Assembly (NCBI GenBank): GCA_944332265.1 | Contig: CALVJQ010000004.1 | Location: 1,840-65,839 of the forward strand | Direction of reading: 5' to 3' | DNA length: 64,000 bases | Source: an uncultured Bacilli bacterium | GTDB lineage: Bacteria; Bacillota_I; Bacilli_A; RF39; UBA660 | Shown: positions 1 to 9,922 of the stretch, piece after piece | How the letters are laid out: each line of letters begins with the position of its first letter | How positions within the stretch are numbered: the first letter of the stretch is position 1 | Made by a program: the position numbers and the translations under genes | The notes under the pieces: model-generated | Database searches by the model: none | Seen by the model: only the letters and a program-made list of their open reading frames with translations | Told to the model about the DNA's origin: nothing

Positions 1-139
1 CACACTTTGTGCAAGCACGATGAGGTTGGATAGTTGCTCCACATTTTGGACATTTAGTTAAAGTTCCAACTTCTTTTTTTAAGTGAGTACGACGCATTCT
101 TTTTTTAGTTTTACTTGTTCTTCTAAAAGGAACTGCCAT
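1..139 (-). CDS. rpmF: 50S ribosomal protein L32 (C-terminal end runs off the window start)
   Basis: My translation of the minus strand from the ATG at 139..137 gives [46 protein letters not shown]. This is an L32 N-terminus with CxxC...CxxC zinc-ribbon. It lies immediately downstream of a DUF177 gene, the conserved pairing. It is absent from the ORF track because it is truncated. Confidence 0.85.
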   Translation of the reverse strand, partial: MAVPFRRTSKTKKRMRRTHLKKEVGTLTKCPKCGATIQPHRACTKC

Positions 140-143
140 GATA

Positions 144-623
144 TCACTCCTTCCCTTCTTTTTCAAGTAGCTCTAACAAAGGAGCTAATCTTGGATCTAA
201 CTTTTTTCTTTCTTCATCTACTAGTTCCCAACCTTCACCTTCAAGGTGATACTTTTTATCTGGTTCACGACGAACACTAATTGGGACCTCTAGTACAATA
301 TTTTGCCATAAAACATCCATAATATCAAGTGTTTTTAATTCATTTTGATCCTTTTCATCATCATTTTCACTTAATACTTCTGATATTTCGAAACTAAATG
401 GATAATCTAACGGTTCTAAATCTATAGCATCTAATAACACCATAACACCTTCAACATGACAATCAAAAACTATTTCATTGGTAACACTATAATAAGCTCT
501 ACCTTTTATTTTTACATTATCTAATTTTTGTATTGGTGTATTCTTTATATATTCGTCGCCAAAAGATACTATATCATCAATTACAATACCTTTTTCATCG
601 ACTTTAGCTAAATCAATATACAT
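144..623 (-). CDS. YceD/YlbN-family DUF177 protein
   Basis: 159-aa acidic ORF directly upstream of rpmF, the conserved DUF177-rpmF arrangement. Size is typical of the family. Confidence 0.7.
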   Translation of the reverse strand: MYIDLAKVDEKGIVIDDIVSFGDEYIKNTPIQKLDNVKIKGRAYYSVTNEIVFDCHVEGVMVLLDAIDLEPLDYPFSFEISEVLSENDDEKDQNELKTLDIMDVLWQNIVLEVPISVRREPDKKYHLEGEGWELVDEERKKLDPRLAPLLELLEKEGKE

Positions 624-715
624 CTATATCACCCACTAGCCACATAATTATACCAACTTTTCTTGAATAATACAACTTATTATAATAAAATAAAAACTAT
701 AAAGAAGGTGTTTCT

Positions 716-1834
716 ATGAATATCATTGGTATTATCGCTGAATACAATCCATTTCATAATGGACACATATACCATCTAAAAAAAATAAAAGAAAAATATC
801 CTAATTCTCTTATTATTCTAGTACTAAATGGTTATTTTACTGAACGAGGTACTATTTCCGTCCTATCTAAAGAAGATAAAGTAAAAATTGCTTTAAATCA
901 TGATATTGATATTATAATTGAATTACCTTTTGTTTATGGAACTCAAGCCTCAGATATCTTTGCTTATCAAAGTATCAAGCTTTTAAATGAATTACAAATA
1001 GATCATCTAATCTTCGGTAGTGAATCCAATGATCTAAATCTCCTAAATAAAATAGTAGATATCGAATTAAATGATCCTTCTTACGAAAATAAAGTTAAAC
1101 AATTTCTAAAAGAAGGAAATAACTACCCAACTGCTATGAAAAAAGCTCTTAATATAAAAGAAGATATTAATAATCCTAATGATTTATTAGGAATCTCCTA
1201 TATAAAGGCAATAAGAAAGATAAACCCTACTATAATACCTGAAACAATAAAAAGAACAACTGATTACCATGATATTCTATCTGATCAAGAAATAGTTAGT
1301 GCAACTAATATTCGCACTAGACTTCAAAACAATGAAGATATTTCTAAATACTTACCAATCTCAACTATTCCTTTTCTAAATAATATATCTAATGATAATT
1401 TATTTAGTCTTTTAAAATTTAAAATTCTAACTGATAAAGACTTAAGTCTTTATTTAGATGTTGATGAAGGTATTGAATATCGTATTTTAAAAAATATTAA
1501 TATATCTAAAAGCTTTGACGAATTAATTAGCAATATAAAAACTAAAAGATATACATATAATAAAATAAATCGAATGTTAATCCATATTCTAATTGGTTTA
1601 ACTAAAAATGATAATCAAAATGTAAAATTAGATTATTTAAAAATCCTTGGCTTTAATAAAAAAGGTCAAACCTATTTAAATAAAATAAAAAAAGATATTT
1701 CCCTTCCAACCACTCCACCTAAAGATTCTCTTCTATGGCAATACGAACTAAAAGCAGCTTATCTTTATGAGCAAGCAACTAAAAAGAAACTAAACAATTT
1801 TGATTTAAAAAATATTCCAATAAAAAAAGGTTAA
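716..1834 (+). CDS. tmcAL: tRNA(Met) cytidine acetate ligase (YlbM/UPF0348 nucleotidyltransferase)
   Basis: N-terminus MNIIGIIAEYNPFHNGHIYHLKKIKE carries the HxGH-type nucleotidyltransferase motif typical of TmcAL. Length is 372 aa. An SD (AAGAAGGTG) precedes the ATG. Confidence 0.7.
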   Translation: MNIIGIIAEYNPFHNGHIYHLKKIKEKYPNSLIILVLNGYFTERGTISVLSKEDKVKIALNHDIDIIIELPFVYGTQASDIFAYQSIKLLNELQIDHLIFGSESNDLNLLNKIVDIELNDPSYENKVKQFLKEGNNYPTAMKKALNIKEDINNPNDLLGISYIKAIRKINPTIIPETIKRTTDYHDILSDQEIVSATNIRTRLQNNEDISKYLPISTIPFLNNISNDNLFSLLKFKILTDKDLSLYLDVDEGIEYRILKNINISKSFDELISNIKTKRYTYNKINRMLIHILIGLTKNDNQNVKLDYLKILGFNKKGQTYLNKIKKDISLPTTPPKDSLLWQYELKAAYLYEQATKKKLNNFDLKNIPIKKG

Positions 1835-1835
1835 T

Positions 1836-2129
1836 CTATTTATAGATATAGCCTTTTTTCTTTAAATATCGATAAAAAGAATTATTAGATTTATTTAAAA
1901 AATATAAATCAATTCCCAATAATATTAAACTCATTGTTAATAAAATACTTCCTATCATAACATCTATATATAATAATAAATACATTCCAATAATAGATAA
2001 TATTCCTAAGATAACATATAAAATAAATAATTTTATCGAATAATTATATTCCTTTTTACATTTATTTTTATAATCTCTTCTTATTTTATTTTGTTCTTTG
2101 CTTGATAAAGAATGAAATTTTTTCATCAT
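1836..2129 (-). CDS. small two-TM membrane protein, unknown function
   Basis: 97-aa ORF with a basic N-terminus followed by two hydrophobic helices (LFILYVILGILSIIGMYLLLYI, IGSILLTMSLILLGIDLYF). Confidence 0.4.
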   Translation of the reverse strand: MMKKFHSLSSKEQNKIRRDYKNKCKKEYNYSIKLFILYVILGILSIIGMYLLLYIDVMIGSILLTMSLILLGIDLYFLNKSNNSFYRYLKKKGYIYK

Positions 2130-2144
2130 TAACTCTCCTAATCT

Positions 2145-2486
2145 TTAAAAATTACTACCATTCCATCCCCAATTATGATATTCACCATAACTAATATAAA
2201 TATTTTCTGGTTTTAAACCTAACTCCTCATTTAGTATTTGGCATACTTGCTTTGTAAATTCTTGATAACATCGATTATCACGAGTTCCAAATATCTTAAC
2301 CTCAACATAAGCACCAGAAATATTTTCTTCTCCTCTAAAATATAAATGAGCATTAGAAACGAACTCAACCATCAACCATTCTTCTGTCTTACCAATTAAC
2401 TCTATAGATTCTCCAAGTCGTTCTTTTATTAATTTTTCTTTCTCTCTAGTTATTTCTTTACTAGTTCTTAATTGAATATAAGGCAT
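2145..2486 (-). CDS. tautomerase/MIF-superfamily protein (PptA-like)
   Basis: 113 aa starting MPYIQLRT. Pro directly after the initiator Met and the beta-alpha-beta sized repeat are typical of tautomerase-superfamily members. Confidence 0.45.
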   Translation of the reverse strand: MPYIQLRTSKEITREKEKLIKERLGESIELIGKTEEWLMVEFVSNAHLYFRGEENISGAYVEVKIFGTRDNRCYQEFTKQVCQILNEELGLKPENIYISYGEYHNWGWNGSNF

Positions 2487-2529
2487 TTTATCATCTCCTA
2501 ATAAAATTATATCATAACTGTCTTAATTT

Positions 2530-3669
2530 TTACAAAACTAGTCTTTTTACTTTTTCTAAATTAACATCCCTTAATTGCTCTTTATTAATTCCCAAAACCA
2601 AGTTATGTTCATCTCCAAACATCATTTTTTTCGTTTCACGAACTACTTTAATAGTACCATCTTGAATTAAAGGTTCTAGAGTAGCAAAAATCTCCTTAGT
2701 TCTCTTCTTATCATTAAATCTATTATACATTCTAGCATAATCTAATACGGTTATATCTCCCTTCATAGCTAAAATATATTCAATTGTTTGATAATCAACT
2801 GTTTGCCATTTGCGTCCTGAAGCAACTCTTAAATAATGCATTACATATTCTTTTTCTAATTCCTTCTTAACTGTTATTAACATATATTTTATAAATTTAG
2901 TAAGTTCATACCAATTCTTACATTCTCGAATAACTTTATCATAAGAAACATCAAAATTAATTCCTCTATTAAATATGATATAAGGATATATTTCATGATT
3001 TAATAAATACCACATTGCAATCGTTCTACTAGTACGTCCATTCATATCAAAATATGGATGAATATATACAAAATAAAAATGCATTATTTGTGACTTAATA
3101 AAATAATCTGTTGCTGAAGAGAAATCATTATCTTTATTAACATATTCAAAAAAGACATTCATATACTCATCTATATCTTTAGCATCAATTCCATAATCCA
3201 TTACTCCATCTAAGCGACCATTTATTAAAATATAAACTGGAGCAGTTCTATATTTAGGTCCCATTCTTATTTCATCTCTTGGATCTAATAAATCCTTGCT
3301 TAGTATTTGATATAAATCAGCAACAGTTTTATCATTTATTTCATAACCATTTAAAATATATTTATATCCATTATATAAATTAATAATTCTATTTCTTAAA
3401 CCAGCATCTGAAACTGTTTTAGCATTTTCAATAACCTTCTCAATCAAAGAAACCGAATCGTTAATTCCTTCTACCGTATTATTAGCTTTTATTTCATGTG
3501 TAAACATTACCTTCTTAGAAAATGTACGACTATTCATAAAATCCTCGTCTCTTAAAAAATCTTCTAATTCCGTAACTAAATCCTGTAAATACTCTCTATT
3601 AATAGTAAACAATCTTCCAGTCGTTGTCTTTAAAGGTAATGGCTCTTTACTAGTATTAAAATTAAGCAT
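2530..3669 (-). CDS. Fic/DOC family protein with non-canonical active-site loop
   Basis: Fic core HPYFDMNGRTSR (nt 3025..3060), compared with canonical HPFx[D/E]GNGRxxR. Size of 379 aa fits the Fic_N + Fic + C-terminal wHTH architecture. Confidence 0.8.
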   Translation of the reverse strand: MLNFNTSKEPLPLKTTTGRLFTINREYLQDLVTELEDFLRDEDFMNSRTFSKKVMFTHEIKANNTVEGINDSVSLIEKVIENAKTVSDAGLRNRIINLYNGYKYILNGYEINDKTVADLYQILSKDLLDPRDEIRMGPKYRTAPVYILINGRLDGVMDYGIDAKDIDEYMNVFFEYVNKDNDFSSATDYFIKSQIMHFYFVYIHPYFDMNGRTSRTIAMWYLLNHEIYPYIIFNRGINFDVSYDKVIRECKNWYELTKFIKYMLITVKKELEKEYVMHYLRVASGRKWQTVDYQTIEYILAMKGDITVLDYARMYNRFNDKKRTKEIFATLEPLIQDGTIKVVRETKKMMFGDEHNLVLGINKEQLRDVNLEKVKRLVL

Positions 3670-3722
3670 TTCAATCCCCCCATTTATATTTGCTATTATA
3701 TCAAATAAAAAGAAATAAACAA

Positions 3723-4325
3723 TTATTTATTTCTTTTTCTTAAAATAACAATAAATTCTAAAAGAGCAAACATCAATAAAGTAATTATTATTAATAAATA
3801 TATAAAATTTGAAGATTTATCTTTTTTAAAGAAAACTTCTGTCCTAACAACTTCTTCATTTTCTTTATTAATTACACTACATGTTTCTTTATTACTAATA
3901 ATAACTTCATTACCTAAAACATCTATTTTATCTGGAACATACTCTGAAAAATTAATTAAGATATTAAAAGAAACCAAAGTATCACCCAACTCCAAATGAA
4001 TATTATCTTCAATATTATAATTAATATAACTTCGATTTGCACTTTTTAAACTAGACAAAAGAACATTTTTTATTTTATTACCTTCAATATTATCTATCTT
4101 TATATCATAATTATCATATCTATCTATTAATCCTAAACTATAATTATCAATTAAGGATACTAAATCTCCACTTTTATAAGTTAATACATTAACTGGAATA
4201 AGAACCGTATTTTCCTTATCTTCAACACACTTTGGTACTTGACTAACAAAACTAGGTACATCTAAAGCTATTACTCTAAGACTTCCTATAAATAAGATAA
4301 TAAAAATAAATAATCCCTTTTTCAT
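3723..4325 (-). CDS. secreted, C-terminally membrane-anchored protein, unknown function
   Basis: Signal-peptide-like N-terminus MKKGLFIFIILFIGSLRVIA. C-terminal TM plus basic tail (FIYLLIIITLLMFALLEFIVILRKRNK). Start chosen at the internal ATG; the track ORF extends to 4343. Confidence 0.45.
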   Translation of the reverse strand: MKKGLFIFIILFIGSLRVIALDVPSFVSQVPKCVEDKENTVLIPVNVLTYKSGDLVSLIDNYSLGLIDRYDNYDIKIDNIEGNKIKNVLLSSLKSANRSYINYNIEDNIHLELGDTLVSFNILINFSEYVPDKIDVLGNEVIISNKETCSVINKENEEVVRTEVFFKKDKSSNFIYLLIIITLLMFALLEFIVILRKRNK

Positions 4326-4392
4326 ACTATCACCATAAACCAATTATAACAAAAAAAACAGCTTATCAAAAGCTATTTCCTCTAAAATATAT

Positions 4393-4680
4393 CTATAATG
4401 ATAAACCATGACTTACAATCTTTTCATCACTAGGAATATTATACATATCAGTTATATTAATTCCTAACTCAGAAACTGCCATATAAAATGTTTGATTCAA
4501 AGCACGAACATTTCCAAACCAATAGTTAACAAAATCCATCATATAATCACTTAATTTAGTAATTTCTGCCATATGATAAGTTTTTATATTTTCTAAAACT
4601 TTTTTATCTCCTCTTGCAATATGATTACAAAGTCTCATTTGTAAATCGCTAGATATCATTTTCTTCTTTTCTTCGCTCAT
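4393..4680 (-). CDS. hypothetical protein (95 aa)
   Basis: Intact ORF with an upstream GGAGGAG-type SD (rc of ctcctcc at 4691..4697). No recognisable motif. Confidence 0.4.
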   Translation of the reverse strand: MSEEKKKMISSDLQMRLCNHIARGDKKVLENIKTYHMAEITKLSDYMMDFVNYWFGNVRALNQTFYMAVSELGINITDMYNIPSDEKIVSHGLSL

Positions 4681-4743
4681 AGTTTCTCTCTCCTCCCCCT
4701 AAAAAAACTAATGCTAATCCTAACATATTTATGACCAAAAAGC

Positions 4744-4780
4744 AAATAAAAAGTTATTTTTTTTCAAATAACTTTTATTT
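4744..4780 (-). terminator. rho-independent terminator after mutM
   Basis: 11-bp stem aaaagttattt / aaataactttt with a T-rich loop and T-rich trail on the minus strand. Overlaps the mutM stop codon. Confidence 0.5.
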
Positions 4781-5593
4781 TTGACACTTTTCACAATAAT
4801 ATGTGCTTCTTCCACCTACGACTATTTTTTTTATTAAAGAATGACATTTTTTACATTCCAGTCCTTCTCTTTTATGAACCATTAAATTCTGTTGAAATCT
4901 TCCAGTAACTCCTAAACTAGAAGTATAACTTCGAATAGTCGTTCCTCCACATTTAATTGCTTCACTTATAATATCATTACTAGCTTTTCTTATTTTATCA
5001 CATTCTTCTAAAGTAATTGATTTTCCTAATCGTAAGGGATTAATTCCAGCTTTAAATAATACTTCATCAGCATAAATATTCCCTAATCCAGAAATAATAG
5101 TTTGATCCAATAATAAACTTTTCATTGGTAAACTCTTCTTGTGAAACTTGTAAAATAAATATTCTTTAGTTAAGTTAGAATCAATTGGTTCAATACCTTG
5201 CTTCCTTACACCTTCAACAGTATCCAATTTATCTTTTAATACCAAATTCATTCTACCGAATTTCCTTGTATCATGATATCGCAAATCTATCCCATCTTCA
5301 AAGGTAAAAATAACATGTTCATGCTTATTTATTTCCTCATCATGATTCTTAATAAAATACTTACCTTCCATTCTTAAATGACTACATAAATAATAATCAC
5401 CTATATCAAATAATAACCATTTACCTTTACGCAAAATATCCTTAAATTCTAAACCTATCAAATTCTTTTTAAATTCCTCTAAATCACTTTCAATGATTCT
5501 TTCATATAAAACATTAACGCTTTTTATTTTTTTGTTTAGTATTCTTTTTCTTAGCGTTTGTCTTACCGTTTCTACCTCTGCTATTTCTGGCAT
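4775..5593 (-). CDS. mutM: formamidopyrimidine-DNA glycosylase
   Basis: MPEIAEVETVRQTL N-terminus with the catalytic Pro2 and Glu. C-terminal zinc finger CKKC...CEKC. Length is 272 aa. Confidence 0.85.
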   Translation of the reverse strand: MPEIAEVETVRQTLRKRILNKKIKSVNVLYERIIESDLEEFKKNLIGLEFKDILRKGKWLLFDIGDYYLCSHLRMEGKYFIKNHDEEINKHEHVIFTFEDGIDLRYHDTRKFGRMNLVLKDKLDTVEGVRKQGIEPIDSNLTKEYLFYKFHKKSLPMKSLLLDQTIISGLGNIYADEVLFKAGINPLRLGKSITLEECDKIRKASNDIISEAIKCGGTTIRSYTSSLGVTGRFQQNLMVHKREGLECKKCHSLIKKIVVGGRSTYYCEKCQK

Positions 5594-6431
5594 CTTGTTT
5601 CAAACTCCTTACCTTTACTTTTACTTTCTTCTTTTCTTTATCAACTAAAATAATTTGTACAACATCTGCTTTTAATTTTTTAAACAAATAATCTTGTAAA
5701 GTAATAACAAAAGATATTAAATCCAATAATTGTAAACTATCCTTAATTAAAATATTACAAGAAGCTTTAGTAATTCCCCCATATGCCGTAACTTCTAATT
5801 TATCTAGACTTTTTATTTCATTTCTACCTACAATCTCATTCTTTACTTCTGTATTAATATCTAAAGAAAATCTATCTTCCATTTTTTTAAAACTATTACT
5901 TATAATTCTTATCCCTTTAAATAAAATTAATCCAGCTATTAAAATAGTTCCAATACGATCAGCATACTTAAATATATCAATCCATTTACTTAATTTAGCT
6001 AAAACTAATACGCCTAAAATAATTCCATAATTATAAAAGTCTATTGTACTATTAATAACTCCATACATTAATAAACCTTTTTTCTTTTGATAGCTAATAT
6101 TTGTTTTAAAACAAGGAATTAAATATCTAATAATAATTGTAATTACTAAAAATAATAAAATAAAGAAAGAAGGTATCATAATTTTTTCTACTTCACTTAT
6201 AAATACAATTCCTATTGCTGATAATATAAGTAAAAATCCCCACCATGAACTAATAATTCCTCTATATTTCGTATTATTATTCTCTTTTATGACAAATAAA
6301 GCAGATATAATCAACCCTATATCATAAATTCCACTAGCAAGTAAAGTATAAGAACTACATAGTAAACCTCCTACTAGTTTAATAATAAATAAAATAAAAT
6401 CAGCAATAATAAAACTTTTTACTTCTTTCAT
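5514..6431 (-). CDS. cation diffusion facilitator (CDF)-like membrane protein, metal ligands apparently degenerate
   Basis: CDF-like N-terminus IADFILFIIKLVGGLLCSSYTLLASGIYDIG, where the usual ADxxHxxxD ligands read ASGIYDIG. Six TM segments plus a cytoplasmic C-domain. Lys-rich tail overlaps mutM by 80 nt. Confidence 0.5.
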   Translation of the reverse strand: MKEVKSFIIADFILFIIKLVGGLLCSSYTLLASGIYDIGLIISALFVIKENNNTKYRGIISSWWGFLLILSAIGIVFISEVEKIMIPSFFILLFLVITIIIRYLIPCFKTNISYQKKKGLLMYGVINSTIDFYNYGIILGVLVLAKLSKWIDIFKYADRIGTILIAGLILFKGIRIISNSFKKMEDRFSLDINTEVKNEIVGRNEIKSLDKLEVTAYGGITKASCNILIKDSLQLLDLISFVITLQDYLFKKLKADVVQIILVDKEKKKVKVKVRSLKQDARNSRGRNGKTNAKKKNTKQKNKKR

Positions 6432-6446
6432 AAAATCATCCTATTT

Positions 6447-9011
6447 CTATTTTGTTTCATACCAATCTGTTCCATAATCATGGCTCACCTTAAATGGCAC
6501 ATCTATCTTAACACAAGTTTCCATATTTCGTGTAACTAATTCTTCTAAAATATCTTTTTCTTCTTTCAAAACATCAAAAATTAACTCATCATGTACTTGT
6601 AACAACATTTTACTCTTTAAATTCTTCTCTTGCATCTCTCTAAAAATACTTACCATCGCAATTTTCATAATATCAGCACTTGAACCTTGAATAGGTGTAT
6701 TTAAAGCTATTCTCTCTCCACTTTGTCTAATCATAAAATTTTTATTATTAAGTTCATCAATAATTCGCTTACGATTAAATATTGTCTTTACATAACCGTC
6801 TCTATAAGCATCCTTAACAATATTATCCATATAATTTTTAACACCTGGATACAATTCATAATATTTATTAATAAAAGCACGTGCTTCCTTAGCACTAATT
6901 TCTAAATTCTCTCCTAAGCCAAACCCAGAAATTCCATAAACAATTCCAAAAATAACCGCTTTAGCTGTTTTCCTTTGTTTCTTTGTAACTTCCTCAATAG
7001 GAATTCCATACATATCAGCAGCAACACGACTATGAATATCTTCGCCATTTATAAAAGCTTGTTGCAACTCTTTAGAACCAGATACATGAGCCAATACTCT
7101 TAACTCCATCTGTGAATAATCAGAGCTTAAAAACATGTCATATTCAGGTAAGAAAGCTTTTCTAATTTTACGTCCATCTTCATCTCTAGCTGGAATATTT
7201 TGTAAATTAGGTTCAACAGATGATAATCTTCCTGTACGTGTTAAATTCTGTTTATAAATAGTATGTATTTTTCCATCCTCACGAATATAATTAGTTAATC
7301 CTTCTAAATAAGTACTTTTAATTTTTGATAAACCACGATATTCTAAAATTTTATTAATAATAGGATGCTCATCAACTAATTTATTTAAAATGCTAACATC
7401 TGTTTTATACCCTGTTTTTGTTTTTTTAGCACCTGGTAATCCTAATTTTTCAAATAAAACAACTCCTAATTGTTTAGGACTACTTATGTTAAATTCACAA
7501 GATGCTAACTCATAAATTTCTTTTTCAATTCCTGACAGCCTTAAAGTCATTTCTTCTTCCATATCCTTTAAAATTCCTGCATCAACTCTTATTCCCGTAT
7601 ATTCCATATTTGCTAAAACAGTTATTAAAGGCATCTCAATATTATTAAATAAATCTAACATTTCTTCTTTTTCTAAATCTTCTAAATATTTAGGAACAAT
7701 ATCATATATAAATCTTGCTTTTAAAACAATATCTTTTTTATCAAAGCCATTCTTTAAACTCTGAGAATAAAAAGTTATTTCACATCCATTAGAATTCATC
7801 AAATAAGCTATATCATCTTTACTATTAATATTCAATAAATAAGCAGCAATCATTACATCAAAAGACGAATTTAATTCTATTCCTTCTTTTTTTAATACAA
7901 CAAAATTTTTCTTTTGATCATAAGTATAAATTTTTTTACCCTTTAAATAATCAACCACTATATCAAATACATTATTACTAATGAAATAATTATTTTTACT
8001 ATCACATAATCCAATTCCTACAATATTAGCATTATGATAATTTTCAGCATCAACTTCTACATATAAAGATATAATATCTTCTAAATCTTTTAAGTCATCT
8101 ATATCTTTAACATTAATAAATTTTGTCGTATTAACTGCGGCTTTACTACTTTCCACATTTTTCTTTATATAAGAATAAAATTCTAATTCTTCATAAATTT
8201 TGTTTAAAGATATTAAATCAGGTCCATTATATTTAACATCTTCCAACTTTACATTTAAAGGAACATCACGATATATAGTTGCTATCTCTTTACTTATAAA
8301 AGCATTCTCTTTATCATCTAATAATTTTTCTTTTAATTTACCTTTTATTTCATCAATATGATTATAAATATCTTCAATAGTATCATAAGTTTTTAAAAGA
8401 TTTATTGCTGTTTTATCCCCAATTCCTTTTACTCCTGGAATATTATCAGAAGCATCACCAGCTAATGCTTTATAATCTATCATTCTAATTGGTTCAAAAC
8501 CCCAATCTTCTTTAAAAGTTTTATGATTATAACGAATATAATCTTTCTGTTTTAATAATTTAACTTCTGTTTCTTCACTTATTAATTGTAATAGATCTTT
8601 ATCAGAAGAAACAATTGTTGCTTCATATTCCGGATCTTCTTCGCACATTTTAACAAACGTTCCTATAATATCATCAGCTTCATAGGGTTCTAACTCAAAA
8701 TATTTAACACCCATCGCCTGTAAAATATCTCTAGCAACAGGCATTTGTAATTTTAAATCATCAGGAGTTTCTGCTCTTCCTTCCTTATAAGTTTCATACT
8801 TTTGTTTTCTAAAATTTTTTCCAATATCAAAAGCAACAGCTATATACTCTGGCTTTTCTTCATGAATAATTTTATTCATCATCCCCACAAAACCATATAA
8901 AGCATTAGTAGCCATTCCTTTGCTATTTTTCATAACATTACCTGTATAACAAGTAGCATAATAACTTCTAAACATTAAATTATTTCCATCTACCAAAATT
9001 ATTTTTTTCAT
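6447..9011 (-). CDS. polA: DNA polymerase I
   Basis: 5' nuclease N-terminus KKIILVDGNNLMFRSYYA. Polymerase motifs DYSQMELRVLAH, RKTAKAVIFGIVYG and QVHDELIF. Start placed at the ATG (MKKIIL) 5 nt after AGGTGA; the track ORF begins at a GTG at 9020. Confidence 0.9.
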   Translation of the reverse strand: MKKIILVDGNNLMFRSYYATCYTGNVMKNSKGMATNALYGFVGMMNKIIHEEKPEYIAVAFDIGKNFRKQKYETYKEGRAETPDDLKLQMPVARDILQAMGVKYFELEPYEADDIIGTFVKMCEEDPEYEATIVSSDKDLLQLISEETEVKLLKQKDYIRYNHKTFKEDWGFEPIRMIDYKALAGDASDNIPGVKGIGDKTAINLLKTYDTIEDIYNHIDEIKGKLKEKLLDDKENAFISKEIATIYRDVPLNVKLEDVKYNGPDLISLNKIYEELEFYSYIKKNVESSKAAVNTTKFINVKDIDDLKDLEDIISLYVEVDAENYHNANIVGIGLCDSKNNYFISNNVFDIVVDYLKGKKIYTYDQKKNFVVLKKEGIELNSSFDVMIAAYLLNINSKDDIAYLMNSNGCEITFYSQSLKNGFDKKDIVLKARFIYDIVPKYLEDLEKEEMLDLFNNIEMPLITVLANMEYTGIRVDAGILKDMEEEMTLRLSGIEKEIYELASCEFNISSPKQLGVVLFEKLGLPGAKKTKTGYKTDVSILNKLVDEHPIINKILEYRGLSKIKSTYLEGLTNYIREDGKIHTIYKQNLTRTGRLSSVEPNLQNIPARDEDGRKIRKAFLPEYDMFLSSDYSQMELRVLAHVSGSKELQQAFINGEDIHSRVAADMYGIPIEEVTKKQRKTAKAVIFGIVYGISGFGLGENLEISAKEARAFINKYYELYPGVKNYMDNIVKDAYRDGYVKTIFNRKRIIDELNNKNFMIRQSGERIALNTPIQGSSADIMKIAMVSIFREMQEKNLKSKMLLQVHDELIFDVLKEEKDILEELVTRNMETCVKIDVPFKVSHDYGTDWYETK

Positions 9012-9082
9012 CATAATCACCTACAAATATTATACCAAAAAATAGCTATTATAACGTCTTTTTAACATAAAAAAAGAAAATA

Positions 9083-9766
9083 TTATTTTCTTTTACAACA
9101 TTCATTAATAAAGACTTTAAAAAGTTCATTAAATTGTGGCAATATTTCAGGATGAAACTGAACTCCTATTACAAAGTTATCATCACCTTTGGCTTCTATA
9201 CCTTCAATCAAATTATCCTCTGATAAAGCACTAATTCTAAAACCACTACCAACTTCAGTAATCGTATTCTTATGAACACTATTTACCATAATTTCTTCCA
9301 TTTTTAAAATTTTAAATAATTTTGAATCTTTAAAAACAAAATCTTTATGAGCTAAATCCTGATTATTTTCCCTTTTTAACTCAATTGGCCAATGATCAAT
9401 CCCATTATCAATTTTCTTTATAATTCTTTTTTGTCCCACGTTTTCTAAATTAACAGAATACATCGCTAAAGTTTGCATTCCTAAGCAAATACCTAATATA
9501 GGTTTATTATTTTTATAAAAATAATCAATTATCTCAAAATTAACTGGTCTTACTCGATTTCCCCCAGGTAACAATAAACCATCACACATTTCTAAACTCT
9601 CATTAATTATTTTTTCATCATTCAAAGGAATTAATAAAGGAATTCCCCCATTTTCTACAATTTTTTTTATATAATTATTACCAAATCTATAAATATCAGC
9701 AAATGTATCATCTGTAACTAAATAATTACTAGTTGGTAAAATTCCAATTATTGGCTTCTTTTCCAT
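9083..9766 (-). CDS. class I glutamine amidotransferase, peptidase C26 (gamma-glutamyl hydrolase-like)
   Basis: Nucleophile elbow GICLGMQ and the His-Glu pair in VQFHPE. Length is 227 aa. Confidence 0.7.
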   Translation of the reverse strand: MEKKPIIGILPTSNYLVTDDTFADIYRFGNNYIKKIVENGGIPLLIPLNDEKIINESLEMCDGLLLPGGNRVRPVNFEIIDYFYKNNKPILGICLGMQTLAMYSVNLENVGQKRIIKKIDNGIDHWPIELKRENNQDLAHKDFVFKDSKLFKILKMEEIMVNSVHKNTITEVGSGFRISALSEDNLIEGIEAKGDDNFVIGVQFHPEILPQFNELFKVFINECCKRK

Positions 9767-9922
9767 AACTATCCCTAATCTCCTCTCTTCTAAATTTTAA
9801 CTATTTATAAAAAAATTTCATTAATATAATAATTCTAAAATAATTTTAACATAAAAATAAAAATATATAGATAAATTATTAAATATATGCTATCATTTAT
9901 AATAGGAAAGAGGTTATACAAA

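Noticed and set aside
83-280. 65-aa plus-strand ORF
   Set aside because: It lies antisense to rpmF and the DUF177 gene, has low-complexity Phe/Leu/Ser composition typical of shadow ORFs in AT-rich DNA, and has no SD.
6723-6905. Antisense shadow ORFs inside longer genes (6723..6905, 9835..10017, 10448..10672, 11924..12136, 15863..16120, 21012..21197, 21064..21372, 25015..25209, 26772..26963, 31269..31493, 39666..39881, 47232..47414, 48240..48440, 62056..62277, 62285..62476)
   Set aside because: Each is fully embedded in, or antisense to or out of frame with, a confidently identified longer gene. Each shows Ile/Phe/Asn/Tyr-rich composition expected from the reverse strand of AT-rich coding DNA. 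None has a convincing SD.
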